Shown piece by piece: positions 26,701 to 42,100 of a stretch of 64,000 nucleotides of DNA. The notes beneath the pieces were generated by a model. The model searched no databases. It was not told the DNA's origin and saw nothing but the letters and a program-made list of their open reading frames with translations. Position 1 is the stretch's first letter; each line of letters opens with the position of its first letter. The stretch is from Auanema rhodensis (Eukaryota; Animalia; Nematoda). Made by a program: the position numbers and the translations under genes. Location: contig OZ059900.1 in assembly GCA_964057225.1 (NCBI GenBank), positions 23,312,001 to 23,376,000 of the forward strand. The letters are read 5' to 3'.

Positions 26701-29700
26701 ACGTTGTACAAACAATTTTGAGCTAGGTTTCATTGACATTGCATGAGTTTGAACACATGAAATCGTAAGTCAAAACCTTGTTTACAGCGAAATTTCCAAA
26801 AACTGGTTTTCCAGCATAATAAAATATTTCTCGTGGGAAATACTGTGTTTTTGTATTTTTCTAGTGTTCAGCATGTAAAATGCTTCATTTTAGTATGTAA
26901 CACGCTGAAATTCGTTGCATTTGACGACTCATATGAACAAAAATCGATTTAATCAATATTAGCGATAAGGGGCGTGCCCTCAGAATATGCTAATTTCCTT
27001 TATTTTCTAACCCCTGTTTTTTTGTCGTGAAAGTGGAACTAGACGTTGTACGAACAATTTTGAGCTAGGTTTCATTGACATTGCATGAGTTTGAACACAT
27101 GAAATCGTAAGTCAAAACCTTGTTTACAGCGAAATTTCCAAAAACTGGTTTTCCAGCATAATAAAATATTTCTCATGGGAAATACAGTGTTTTTGTATTT
27201 TTCTAGTGTTCAGCATGTAAAATGCTTCATTTTAGTATGTAACACGCTGAAATTCGTTGCATTTGACGACTCATATGAACAAAAATCGATTTAATCAATA
27301 TTAGCCATAAGGGGCGTGCCCTCAGAATATGCTAATTTCCTTAATTTTCTAACCCCTGTTTTTTTGTCGTGAAAGTGGAACTAGACGTTGTACGAACAGT
27401 TTTGAGCTAGGTTTCATTGACATTGCATGAGTTTGAACACATGAAATCGTAAGTCAAAACCTTGTTTACAGCGAAATTTCCAAAAACTGGTTTTCCAGCA
27501 TAATAAAATATTTCTCATGGGAAATACTGTGTTTTTGTATTTTTCTAGTGTTCAGCATGTAAAATGCTTCATTTTAGTATGTAACACGCTGAAATTCGTT
27601 GCATTTGACGACTCATATGAACAAAAATCGATTTAATCAATATTAGCCATAAGGGGCGTGCCCTCAGAATATGCTAATTTCCTTAATTTTCTAACCCCTG
27701 TTTTTTTTGTCGTGAAAGTGGAACTAGACGTTGTACGAACAATTTTGAGCTAGGTTTCATTGACATTGCATGAGTTTGAACACATGAAATCGTAAGTCAA
27801 AGCCTTGTTTACAGCGAAATTTCCAAAAACTGGTTTTCCAGCATAATAAAATATTTCTCATGGGAAATACTGTGTTTTTGTATTTTTCTGGTGTTCAGCA
27901 TGTAAAATGCTTCATTTTAGTATGTAACACGCTGAAATTCGTTGCATTTGACGACTCATATGAACAAAAATCGATTTAATCAATATTAGCCATAAGGGGC
28001 GTGCCCTCAGAATATGCTAATTTCCTTAATTTTCTAACCCCTGTTTTTTTGTCGTGAAAGTGGAACTAGACGTTGTACGAACAATTTTGAGCTAGGTTTC
28101 ATTGACATTGCATGAGTTTGAACACATGAAATCGTAAGTCAAAACCTTGTTTACAGCGAAATTTCCAAAAACTGGTTTTCCAGCATAATAAAATATTTCT
28201 CGTGGGAAATACTGTGTTTTTGTATTTTTCTAGTGTTCAGCATGTAAAATGCTTCATTTTAGTATGTAACACGCTGAAATTCGTTGCATTTGACGACTCA
28301 TATGAACAAAAATCGATTTAATCAATATTAGCGATAAGGGGCGTGCCCTCAGAATATGCTAATTTCCTTAATTTTCTAACCCCTGTTTTTTTGTCGTGAA
28401 AGTGGAACTAGACGTTGTACGAACAATTTTGAGCTAGGTTTCATTGACATTGCATGAGTTTGAACACATGAAATCGTAAGTCAAAACCTTGTTTACAGCG
28501 AAATTTCCAAAAACTGGTTTTCCAGCATAATAAAATATTTCTCGTGGGAAATACTGTGTTTTTGTATTTTTCTAGTGTTCAGCATGTAAAATGCTTCATT
28601 TTAGTATGTAACACGCTGAAATTCGTTGCATTTGACGACTCATATGAACAAAAATCGATTTAATCAATATTAGCCATAAGGGGCGTGCCCTCAGAATATG
28701 CTAATTTCCTTAATTTTCTAACCCCTGTTTTTTTGTCGTGAAAGTGGAACTAGACGTTGTACGAACAATTTTGAGCTAGGTTTCATTGACATTGCATGAG
28801 TTTGAACACATGAAATCGTAAGTCAAAACCTTGTTTACAGCGAAATTTCCAAAAACTGGTTTTCCAGCATAATAAAATATTTCTCATGGGAAATACTGTG
28901 TTTTTGTATTTTTCTAGTGTTCAGCATGTAAAATGCTTCATTTTAGTATGTAACACGCTGAAATTCGTTGCATTTGACGACTCATATGAACAAAAATCGA
29001 TTTAATCAATATTAGCCATAAGGGGCGTGCCCTCAGAATATGCTAATTTCCTTAATTTTCTAACCCCTGTTTTTTTTGTCGTGAAAGTGGAACTAGACGT
29101 TGTACGAACAATTTTGAGCTAGGTTTCATTGACATTGCATGAGTTTGAACACATGAAATCGTAAGTCAAAGCCTTGTTTACAGCGAAATTTCCAAAAACT
29201 GGTTTTCCAGCATAATAAAATATTTCTCATGGGAAATACTGTGTTTTTGTATTTTTCTGGTGTTCAGCATGTAAAATGCTTCATTTTAGTATGTAACACG
29301 CTGAAATTCGTTGCATTTGACGACTCATATGAACAAAAATCGATTTAATCAATATTAGCCATAAGGGGCGTGCCCTCAGAATATGCTAATTTCCTTAATT
29401 TTCTAACCCCTGTTTTTTTGTCGTGAAAGTGGAACTAGACGTTGTACGAACAATTTTGAGCTAGGTTTCATTGACATTGCATGAGTTTGAACACATGAAA
29501 TCGTAAGTCAAAACCTTGTTTACAGCGAAATTTCCAAAAACTGGTTTTCCAGCATAATAAAATATTTCTCGTGGGAAATACTGTGTTTTTGTATTTTTCT
29601 AGTGTTCAGCATGTAAAATGCTTCATTTTAGTATGTAACACGCTGAAATTCGTTGCATTTGACGACTCATATGAACAAAAATCGATTTAATCAATATTAG

Positions 29701-32700
29701 CCATAAGGGGCGTGCCCTCAGAATATGCTAATTTCCTTAATTTTCTAACCCCTGTTTTTTTGTCGTGAAAGTGGAACTAGACGTTGTACGAACAATTTTG
29801 AGCTAGGTTTCATTGACATTGCATGAGTTTGAACACATGAAATCGTAAGTCAAAACCTTGTTTACAGCGAAATTTCCAAAAACTGGTTTTCCAGCATAAT
29901 AAAATATTTCTCGTGGGAAATACTGTGTTTTTGTATTTTTCTAGTGTTCAGCATGTAAAATGCTTCATTTTAGTATGTAACACGCTGAAATTCGTTGCAT
30001 TTGACGACTCATATGAACAAAAATCGATTTAATCAATATTAGCCATAAGGGGCGTGCCCTCAGAATATGCTAATTTCCTTAATTTTCTAACCCCTGTTTT
30101 TTTGTCGTGAAAGTAGAACTAGACGTTGTACGAACAATTTTGAGCTAGGTTTCATTGACATTGCATGAGTTTGAACACATGAAATCGTAAGTCAAAACCT
30201 TGTTTACAGCGAAATTTCCAAAAACTGGTTTTCCAGCATAATAAAATATTTCTCATGGGAAATACTGTGTTTTTGTATTTTTCTAGTGTTCAGCATGTAA
30301 AATGCTTCATTTTAGTATGTAACACGCTGAAATTCGTTGCATTTGACGACTCATATGAACAAAAATCGATTTAATCAATATTAGCCATAAGGGGCGTGCC
30401 CTCAGAATATGCTAATTTCCTTAATTTTCTAACCCCTGTTTTTTTGTCGTGAAAGTGGAACTAGACGTTGTACGAACAGTTTTGAGCTAGGTTTCATTGA
30501 CATTGCATGAGTTTGAACACATGAAATCGTAAGTCAAAACCTTGTTTACAGCGAAATTTCCAAAAACTGGTTTTCCAGCATAATAAAATATTTCTCATGG
30601 GAAATACTGTTTTTTTGTATTTTTCTAGTGTTCAGCATGTAAAATGCTTCATATTAGTATGTAACACGCTGAAATTCGTTGCATTTGACGACTCATATGA
30701 ACAAAAATCGATTTAATCAATATTAGCCATAAGGGGCGTGCCCTCAGAATATGCTAATTTCCTTAATTTTCTAACCCCTGTTTTTTTTGTCGTGAAAGTG
30801 GAACTAGACGTTGTACGAACAATTTTGAGCTAGGTTTCATTGACATTGCATGAGTTTGAACACATGAAATCGTAAGTCAAAGCCTTGTTTACAGCGAAAT
30901 TTCCAAAAACTGGTTTTCCAGCATAATAAAATATTTCTCATGGGAAATACTGTGTTTTTGTATTTTTCTGGTGTTCAGCATGTAAAATGCTTCATTTTAG
31001 TATGTAACACGCTGAAATTCGTTGCATTTGACGACTCATATGAACAAAAATCGATTTAATCAATATTAGCCATAAGGGGCGTGCCCTCAGAATATGCTAA
31101 TTTCCTTAATTTTCTAACCCCTGTTTTTTTGTCGTGAAAGTGGAACTAGACGTTGTACGAACAATTTTGAGCTAGGTTTCATTGACATTGCATGAGTTTG
31201 AACACATGAAATCGTAAGTCAAAACCTTGTTTACAGCGAAATTTCCAAAAACTGGTTTTCCAGCATAATAAAATATTTCTCGTGGGAAATACTGTGTTTT
31301 TGTATTTTTCTAGTGTTCAGCATGTAAAATGCTTCATTTTAGTATGTAACACGCTGAAATTCGTTGCATTTGACGACTCATATGAACAAAAATCGATTTA
31401 ATCAATATTAGCCATAAGGGGCGTGCCCTCAGAATATGCTAATTTCCTTAATTTTCTAACCCCTGTTTTTTTGTCGTGAAAGTGGAACTAGACGTTGTAC
31501 GAACAATTTTGAGCTAGGTTTCATTGACATTGCATGAGTTTGAACACATGAAATCGTAAGTCAAAACCTTGTTTACAGCGAAATTTCCAAAAACTGGTTT
31601 TCCAGCATAATAAAATATTTCTCATGGGAAATACTGTGTTTTTGTATTTTTCTAGTGTTCAGCATGTAAAATGCTTCATTTTAGTATGTAACACGCTAAA
31701 ATTCGTTGCATTTGACGACTCATATGAACAAAAATCGATTTAATCAATATTAGCCATAAGGGGCGTGCCCTCAGAATATGCTAATTTCCTTAATTTTCTA
31801 ACCCCTGTTTTTTTGTCGTGAAAGTGGAACTAGACGTTGTACGAACAATTTTGAGCTAGGTTTCATTGACATTGCATGAGTTTGAACACATGAAATCGTA
31901 AGTCAAAACCTTGTTTACAGCGAAATTTCCAAAAACTGGTTTTCCAGCATAATAAAATATTTCTCATGGGAAATACTGTGTTTTTGTATTTTTCTAGTGT
32001 TCAGCATGTAAAATGCTTCATTTTAGTATGTAACACGCTGAAATTCGTTGCATTTGACGACTCATATGAACAAAAATCGATTTAATCAATATTAGCCATA
32101 AGGGGCGTGCCCTCAGAATATGCTAATTTCCTTAATTTTCTAACCCCTGTTTTTTTGTCGTGAAAGTGGAACTAGACGTTGTACAAACAATTTTGAGCTA
32201 GGTTTCATTGACATTGCATGAGTTTGAACACATGAAATCGTAAGTCAAAACCTTGTTTACAGCGAAATTTCCAAAAACTGGTTTTCCAGCATAATAAAAT
32301 ATTTCTCGTGGGAAATACTGTGTTTTTGTATTTTTCTAGTGTTCAGCATGTAAAATGCTTCATTTTAGTATGTAACACGCTGAAATTCGTTGCATTTGAC
32401 GACTCATATGAACAAAAATCGATTTAATCAATATTAGCCATAAGGGGCGTGCCCTCAGAATATGCTAATTTCCTTAATTTTCTAACCCCTGTTTTTTTGT
32501 CGTGAAAGTAGAACTAGACGTTGTACGAACAATTTTGAGCTAGGTTTCATTGACATTGCATGAGTTTGAACACATGAAATCGTAAGTCAAAACCTTGTTT
32601 ACAGCGAAATTTCCAAAAACTGGTTTTCCAGCATAATAAAATATTTCTCATGGGAAATACTGTGTTTTTGTATTTTTCTAGTGTTCAGCATGTAAAATGC

Positions 32701-35700
32701 TTCATTTTAGTATGTAACACGCTGAAATTCGTTGCATTTGACGACTCATATGAACAAAAATCGATTTAATCAATATTAGCCATAAGGGGCGTGCCCTCAG
32801 AATATGCTAATTTCCTTAATTTTCTAACCCCTGTTTTTTTGTCGTGAAAGTGGAACTAGACGTTGTACGAACAGTTTTGAGCTAGGTTTCATTGACATTG
32901 CATGAGTTTGAACACATGAAATCGTAAGTCAAAACCTTGTTTACAGCGAAATTTCCAAAAACTGGTTTTCCAGCATAATAAAATATTTCTCATGGGAAAT
33001 ACTGTGTTTTTGTATTTTTCTAGTGTTCAGCATGTAAAATGCTTCATATTAGTATGTAACACGCTGAAATTCGTTGCATTTGACGACTCATATGAACAAA
33101 AATCGATTTAATCAATATTAGCCATAAGGGGCGTGCCCTCAGAATATGCTAATTTCCTTAATTTTCTAACCCCTGTTTTTTTTGTCGTGAAAGTGGAACT
33201 AGACGTTGTACGAACAATTTTGAGCTAGGTTTCATTGACATTGCATGAGTTTGAACACATGAAATCGTAAGTCAAAGCCTTGTTTACAGCGAAATTTCCA
33301 AAAACTGGTTTTCCAGCATAATAAAATATTTCTCATGGGAAATACTGTGTTTTTGTATTTTTCTGGTGTTCAGCATGTAAAATGCTTCATTTTAGTATGT
33401 AACACGCTGAAATTCGTTGCATTTGACGACTCATATGAACAAAAATCGATTTAATCAATATTAGCCATAAGGGGCGTGCCCTCAGAATATGCTAATTTCC
33501 TTAATTTTCTAACCCCTGTTTTTTTGTCGTGAAAGTGGAACTAGACGTTGTACGAACAATTTTGAGCTAGGTTTCATTGACATTGCATGAGTTTGAACAC
33601 ATGAAATCGTAAGTCAAAACCTTGTTTACAGCGAAATTTCCAAAAACTGGTTTTCCAGCATAATAAAATATTTCTCGTGGGAAATACTGTGTTTTTGTAT
33701 TTTTCTAGTGTTCAGCATGTAAAATGCTTCATTTTAGTATGTAACACGCTGAAATTCGTTGCATTTGACGACTCATATGAACAAAAATCGATTTAATCAA
33801 TATTAGCCATAAGGGGCGTGCCCTCAGAATATGCTAATTTCCTTAATTTTCTAACCCCTGTTTTTTTGTCGTGAAAGTGGAACTAGACGTTGTACGAACA
33901 ATTTTGAGCTAGGTTTCATTGACATTGCATGAGTTTGAACACATGAAATCGTAAGTCAAAACCTTGTTTACAGCGAAATTTCCAAAAACTGGTTTTCCAG
34001 CATAATAAAATATTTCTCATGGGAAATACTGTGTTTTTGTATTTTTCTAGTGTTCAGCATGTAAAATGCTTCATTTTAGTATGTAACACGCTAAAATTCG
34101 TTGCATTTGACGACTCATATGAACAAAAATCGATTTAATCAATATTAGCCATAAGGGGCGTGCCCTCAGAATATGCTAATTTCCTTAATTTTCTAACCCC
34201 TGTTTTTTTGTCGTGAAAGTGGAACTAGACGTTGTACGAACAATTTTGAGCTAGGTTTCATTGACATTGCATGAGTTTGAACACATGAAATCGTAAGTCA
34301 AAACCTTGTTTACAGCGAAATTTCCAAAAACTGGTTTTCCAGCATAATAAAATATTTCTCATGGGAAATACTGTGTTTTTGTATTTTTCTAGTGTTCAGC
34401 ATGTAAAATGCTTCATTTTAGTATGTAACACGCTGAAATTCGTTGCATTTGACGACTCATATGAACAAAAATCGATTTAATCAATATTAGCCATAAGGGG
34501 CGTGCCCTCAGAATATGCTAATTTCCTTAATTTTCTAACCCCTGTTTTTTTGTCGTGAAAGTGGAACTAGACGTTGTACAAACAATTTTGAGCTAGGTTT
34601 CATTGACATTGCATGAGTTTGAACACATGAAATCGTAAGTCAAAACCTTGTTTACAGCGAAATTTCCAAAAACTGGTTTTCCAGCATAATAAAATATTTC
34701 TCGTGGGAAATACTGTGTTTTTGTATTTTTCTAGTGTTCAGCATGTAAAATGCTTCATTTTAGTATGTAACACGCTGAAATTCGTTGCATTTGACGACTC
34801 ATATGAACAAAAATCGATTTAATCAATATTAGCGATAAGGGGCGTGCCCTCAGAATATGCTAATTTCCTTTATTTTCTAACCCCTGTTTTTTTGTCGTGA
34901 AAGTGGAACTAGACGTTGTACGAACAATTTTGAGCTAGGTTTCATTGACATTGCATGAGTTTGAACACATGAAATCGTAAGTCAAAACCTTGTTTACAGC
35001 GAAATTTCCAAAAACTGGTTTTCCAGCATAATAAAATATTTCTCATGGGAAATACAGTGTTTTTGTATTTTTCTAGTGTTCAGCATGTAAAATGCTTCAT
35101 TTTAGTATGTAACACGCTGAAATTCGTTGCATTTGACGACTCATATGAACAAAAATCGATTTAATCAATATTAGCCATAAGGGGCGTGCCCTCAGAATAT
35201 GCTAATTTCCTTAATTTTCTAACCCCTGTTTTTTTGTCGTGAAAGTGGAACTAGACGTTGTACGAACAGTTTTGAGCTAGGTTTCATTGACATTGCATGA
35301 GTTTGAACACATGAAATCGTAAGTCAAAACCTTGTTTACAGCGAAATTTCCAAAAACTGGTTTTCCAGCATAATAAAATATTTCTCATGGGAAATACTGT
35401 GTTTTTGTATTTTTCTAGTGTTCAGCATGTAAAATGCTTCATTTTAGTATGTAACACGCTGAAATTCGTTGCATTTGACGACTCATATGAACAAAAATCG
35501 ATTTAATCAATATTAGCCATAAGGGGCGTGCCCTCAGAATATGCTAATTTCCTTAATTTTCTAACCCCTGTTTTTTTTGTCGTGAAAGTGGAACTAGACG
35601 TTGTACGAACAATTTTGAGCTAGGTTTCATTGACATTGCATGAGTTTGAACACATGAAATCGTAAGTCAAAGCCTTGTTTACAGCGAAATTTCCAAAAAC

Positions 35701-38700
35701 TGGTTTTCCAGCATAATAAAATATTTCTCATGGGAAATACTGTGTTTTTGTATTTTTCTGGTGTTCAGCATGTAAAATGCTTCATTTTAGTATGTAACAC
35801 GCTGAAATTCGTTGCATTTGACGACTCATATGAACAAAAATCGATTTAATCAATATTAGCCATAAGGGGCGTGCCCTCAGAATATGCTAATTTCCTTAAT
35901 TTTCTAACCCCTGTTTTTTTGTCGTGAAAGTGGAACTAGACGTTGTACGAACAATTTTGAGCTAGGTTTCATTGACATTGCATGAGTTTGAACACATGAA
36001 ATCGTAAGTCAAAACCTTGTTTACAGCGAAATTTCCAAAAACTGGTTTTCCAGCATAATAAAATATTTCTCGTGGGAAATACTGTGTTTTTGTATTTTTC
36101 TAGTGTTCAGCATGTAAAATGCTTCATTTTAGTATGTAACACGCTGAAATTCGTTGCATTTGACGACTCATATGAACAAAAATCGATTTAATCAATATTA
36201 GCGATAAGGGGCGTGCCCTCAGAATATGCTAATTTCCTTAATTTTCTAACCCCTGTTTTTTTGTCGTGAAAGTGGAAGTAGACGTTGTACGAACAATTTT
36301 GAGCTAGGTTTCATTGACATTGCATGAGTTTGAACACATGAAATCGTAAGTCAAAACCTTGTTTACAGCGAAATTTCCAAAAACTGGTTTTCCAGCATAA
36401 TAAAATATTTCTCGTGGGAAATACTGTGTTTTTGTATTTTTCTAGTGTTCAGCATGTAAAATGCTTCATTTTAGTATGTAACACGCTGAAATTCGTTGCA
36501 TTTGACGACTCATATGAACAAAAATCGATTTAATCAATATTAGCCATAAGGGGCGTGCCCTCAGAATATGCTAATTTCCTTAATTTTCTAACCCCTGTTT
36601 TTTTGTCGTGAAAGTGGAACTAGACGTTGTACGAACAATTTTGAGCTAGGTTTCATTGACATTGCATGAGTTTGAACACATGAAATCGTAAGTCAAAACC
36701 TTGTTTACAGCGAAATTTCCAAAAACTGGTTTTCCAGCATAATAAAATATTTCTCATGGGAAATACTGTGTTTTTGTATTTTTCTAGTGTTCAGCATGTA
36801 AAATGCTTCATTTTAGTATGTAACACGCTGAAATTCGTTGCATTTGACGACTCATATGAACAAAAATCGATTTAATCAATATTAGCCATAAGGGGCGTGC
36901 CCTCAGAATATGCTAATTTCCTTAATTTTCTAACCCCTGTTTTTTTTGTCGTGAAAGTGGAACTAGACGTTGTACGAACAATTTTGAGCTAGGTTTCATT
37001 GACATTGCATGAGTTTGAACACATGAAATCGTAAGTCAAAGCCTTGTTTACAGCGAAATTTCCAAAAACTGGTTTTCCAGCATAATAAAATATTTCTCAT
37101 GGGAAATACTGTGTTTTTGTATTTTTCTGGTGTTCAGCATGTAAAATGCTTCATTTTAGTATGTAACACGCTGAAATTCGTTGCATTTGACGACTCATAT
37201 GAACAAAAATCGATTTAATCAATATTAGCCATAAGGGGCGTGCCCTCAGAATATGCTAATTTCCTTAATTTTCTAACCCCTGTTTTTTTGTCGTGAAAGT
37301 GGAACTAGACGTTGTACGAACAATTTTGAGCTAGGTTTCATTGACATTGCATGAGTTTGAACACATGAAATCGTAAGTCAAAACCTTGTTTACAGCGAAA
37401 TTTCCAAAAACTGGTTTTCCAGCATAATAAAATATTTCTCGTGGGAAATACTGTGTTTTTGTATTTTTCTAGTGTTCAGCATGTAAAATGCTTCATTTTA
37501 GTATGTAACACGCTGAAATTCGTTGCATTTGACGACTCATATGAACAAAAATCGATTTAATCAATATTAGCCATAAGGGGCGTGCCCTCAGAATATGCTA
37601 ATTTCCTTAATTTTCTAACCCCTGTTTTTTTGTCGTGAAAGTGGAACTAGACGTTGTACGAACAATTTTGAGCTAGGTTTCATTGACATTGCATGAGTTT
37701 GAACACATGAAATCGTAAGTCAAAACCTTGTTTACAGCGAAATTTCCAAAAACTGGTTTTCCAGCATAATAAAATATTTCTCGTGGGAAATACTGTGTTT
37801 TTGTATTTTTCTAGTGTTCAGCATGTAAAATGCTTCATTTTAGTATGTAACACGCTGAAATTCGTTGCATTTGACGACTCATATGAACAAAAATCGATTT
37901 AATCAATATTAGCCATAAGGGGCGTGCCCTCAGAATATGCTAATTTCCTTAATTTTCTAACCCCTGTTTTTTTGTCGTGAAAGTAGAACTAGACGTTGTA
38001 CGAACAATTTTGAGCTAGGTTTCATTGACATTGCATGAGTTTGAACACATGAAATCGTAAGTCAAAACCTTGTTTACAGCGAAATTTCCAAAAACTGGTT
38101 TTCCAGCATAATAAAATATTTCTCATGGGAAATACTGTGTTTTTGTATTTTTCTAGTGTTCAGCATGTAAAATGCTTCATTTTAGTATGTAACACGCTGA
38201 AATTCGTTGCATTTGACGACTCATATGAACAAAAATCGATTTAATCAATATTAGCCATAAGGGGCGTGCCCTCAGAATATGCTAATTTCCTTAATTTTCT
38301 AACCCCTGTTTTTTTGTCGTGAAAGTGGAACTAGACGTTGTACGAACAGTTTTGAGCTAGGTTTCATTGACATTGCATGAGTTTGAACACATGAAATCGT
38401 AAGTCAAAACCTTGTTTACAGCGAAATTTCCAAAAACTGGTTTTCCAGCATAATAAAATATTTCTCATGGGAAATACTGTGTTTTTGTATTTTTCTAGTG
38501 TTCAGCATGTAAAATGCTTCATTTTAGTATGTAACACGCTGAAATTCGTTGCATTTGACGACTCATATGAACAAAAATCGATTTAATCAATATTAGCCAT
38601 AAGGGGCGTGCCCTCAGAATATGCTAATTTCCTTAATTTTCTAACCCCTGTTTTTTTTGTCGTGAAAGTGGAACTAGACGTTGTACGAACAATTTTGAGC

Positions 38701-40050
38701 TAGGTTTCATTGACATTGCATGAGTTTGAACACATGAAATCGTAAGTCAAAGCCTTGTTTACAGCGAAATTTCCAAAAACTGGTTTTCCAGCATAATAAA
38801 ATATTTCTCATGGGAAATACTGTGTTTTTGTATTTTTCTGGTGTTCAGCATGTAAAATGCTTCATTTTAGTATGTAACACGCTGAAATTCGTTGCATTTG
38901 ACGACTCATATGAACAAAAATCGATTTAATCAATATTAGCCATAAGGGGCGTGCCCTCAGAATATGCTAATTTCCTTAATTTTCTAACCCCTGTTTTTTT
39001 GTCGTGAAAGTGGAACTAGACGTTGTACGAACAATTTTGAGCTAGGTTTCATTGACATTGCATGAGTTTGAACACATGAAATCGTAAGTCAAAACCTTGT
39101 TTACAGCGAAATTTCCAAAAACTGGTTTTCCAGCATAATAAAATATTTCTCGTGGGAAATACTGTGTTTTTGTATTTTTCTAGTGTTCAGCATGTAAAAT
39201 GCTTCATTTTAGTATGTAACACGCTGAAATTCGTTGCATTTGACGACTCATATGAACAAAAATCGATTTAATCAATATTAGCCATAAGGGGCGTGCCCTC
39301 AGAATATGCTAATTTCCTTAATTTTCTAACCCCTGTTTTTTTGTCGTGAAAGTGGAACTAGACGTTGTACGAACAATTTTGAGCTAGGTTTCATTGACAT
39401 TGCATGAGTTTGAACACATGAAATCGTAAGTCAAAACCTTGTTTACAGCGAAATTTCCAAAAACTGGTTTTCCAGCATAATAAAATATTTCTCATGGGAA
39501 ATACTGTGTTTTTGTATTTTTCTAGTGTTCAGCATGTAAAATGCTTCATTTTAGTATGTAACACGCTAAAATTCGTTGCATTTGACGACTCATATGAACA
39601 AAAATCGATTTAATCAATATTAGCCATAAGGGGCGTGCCCTCAGAATATGCTAATTTCCTTAATTTTCTAACCCCTGTTTTTTTGTCGTGAAAGTGGAAC
39701 TAGACGTTGTACGAACAATTTTGAGCTAGGTTTCATTGACATTGCATGAGTTTGAACACATGAAATCGTAAGTCAAAACCTTGTTTACAGCGAAATTTCC
39801 AAAAACTGGTTTTCCAGCATAATAAAATATTTCTCATGGGAAATACTGTGTTTTTGTATTTTTCTAGTGTTCAGCATGTAAAATGCTTCATTTTAGTATG
39901 TAACACGCTGAAATTCGTTGCATTTGACGACTCATATGAACAAAAATCGATTTAATCAATATTAGCCATAAGGGGCGTGCCCTCAGAATATGCTAATTTC
40001 CTTAATTTTCTAACCCCTGTTTTTTTGTCGTGAAAGTGGAACTAGACGTT
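26600..40050 (-). repeat. Duplicated 16-monomer unit separated by a 7-monomer internal duplication (ends approximate)
   Basis: Offset 7870: 26710/34580, 26964/34834, 28333/36203, 30115/37985, 31698/39568. Offset 2395: 30115/32510, 30653/33048, 31698/34093, 32185/34580. Confidence 0.9.
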
Positions 40051-42100
40051 GTACGAACAATTTTGAGCTAGGTTTCATTGACATTGCATGAGTTTGAACA
40101 CATGATATCGTAAGTCAAAACCTTGTTTACAGCGAAATTTCCAAAAACTGGTTTTCCAGCATAATAAAATATTTCTCGTGGGAAATACTGTGTTTTTGTA
40201 TTTCTCTAGTGTTCAGCATGTAAAATGGTTCATTTTAGTATGTAACACGCCGAAATTCGTTGCATTTGACGACTCATATGAACAAAAATCGATTTAATCA
40301 ATATTAGCCATAAGGGGCGTGCCCTCAGAATATGCTAATTTCCTTAATTTTCTAACCCCTGTTTTTTTTGTCGTGAAAGTGGAACTAGACGTTGTACGAA
40401 CAATTTTGAGCTAGGTTTCATTGACATTGCATGAGTTTGAACACATGAAATCGTAAGTCAAAGCCTTGTTTACAGCGAAATTTCCAAAAACTGGTTTTCC
40501 AGCATAATAAAATATTTCTCATGGGAAATACTGTGTTTTTGTATTTTTCTGGTGTTCAGCATGTAAAATGCTTCATTTTAGTATGTAACACGCTGAAATT
40601 CGTTGCATTTGACGACTCATATGAACAAAAATCGATTTAATCAATATTAGCCATAAGGGGCGTGCCCTCAGAATATGCTAATTTCCTTAATTTTCTAACC
40701 CCTGTTTTTTTGTCGTGAAAGTGGAACTAGACGTTGTACGAACAATTTTGAGCTAGGTTTCATTGACATTGCATGAGTTTGAACACATGAAATCGTAAGT
40801 CAAAACCTTGTTTACAGCGAAATTTCCAAAAACTGGTTTTCCAGCATAATAAAATATTTCTCGTGGGAAATACTGTGTTTTTGTATTTTTCTAGTGTTCA
40901 GCATGTAAAATGCTTCATTTTAGTATGTAACACGCTGAAATTCGTTGCATTTGACGACTCATATGAACAAAAATCGATTTAATCAATATTAGCCATAAGG
41001 GGCGTGCCCTCAGAATATGCTAATTTCCTTAATTTTCTAACCCCTGTTTTTTTGTCGTGAAAGTGGAACTAGACGTTGTACGAACAATTTTGAGCTAGGT
41101 TTCATTGACATTGCATGAGTTTGAACACATGAAATCGTAAGTCAAAACCTTGTTTACAGCGAAATTTCCAAAAACTGGTTTTCCAGCATAATAAAATATT
41201 TCTCATGGGAAATACTGTGTTTTTGTATTTTTCTAGTGTTCAGCATGTAAAATGCTTCATTTTAGTATGTAACACGCTAAAATTCGTTGCATTTGACGAC
41301 TCATATGAACAAAAATCGATTTAATCAATATTAGCCATAAGGGGCGTGCCCTCAGAATATGCTAATTTCCTTAATTTTCTAACCCCTGTTTTTTTGTCGT
41401 GAAAGTGGAACTAGACGTTGTACGAACAATTTTGAGCTAGGTTTCATTGACATTGCATGAGTTTGAACACATGAAATCGTAAGTCAAAACCTTGTTTACA
41501 GCGAAATTTCCAAAAACTGGTTTTCCAGCATAATAAAATATTTCTCATGGGAAATACTGTGTTTTTGTATTTTTCTAGTGTTCAGCATGTAAAATGCTTC
41601 ATTTTAGTATGTAACACGCTGAAATTCGTTGCATTTGACGACTCATATGAACAAAAATCGATTTAATCAATATTAGCCATAAGGGGCGTGCCCTCAGAAT
41701 ATGCTAATTTCCTTAATTTTCTAACCCCTGTTTTTTTGTCGTGAAAGTGGAACTAGACGTTGTACGAACAATTTTGAGCTAGGTTTCATTGACATTGCAT
41801 GAGTTTGAACACATGATATCGTAAGTCAAAACCTTGTTTACAGCGAAATTTCCAAAAACTGGTTTTCCAGCATAATAAAATATTTCTCGTGGGAAATACT
41901 GTGTTTTTGTATTTCTCTAGTGTTCAGCATGTAAAATGGTTCATTTTAGTATGTAACACGCCGAAATTCGTTGCATTTGACGACTCATATGAACAAAAAT
42001 CGATTTAATCAATATTAGCCATAAGGGGCGTGCCCTCAGAATATGCTAATTTCCTTAATTTTCTAACCCCTGTTTTTTTGTCGTGAAAGTGGAACTAGAC
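38700..42100 (-). repeat. Tandem duplication of a 5-monomer unit (1711 bp)
   Basis: Offset 1711: 38752/40463 (AAAGCC), 39568/41279 (GCTAAAA), 40106/41817 (GATATC). Confidence 0.88.
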
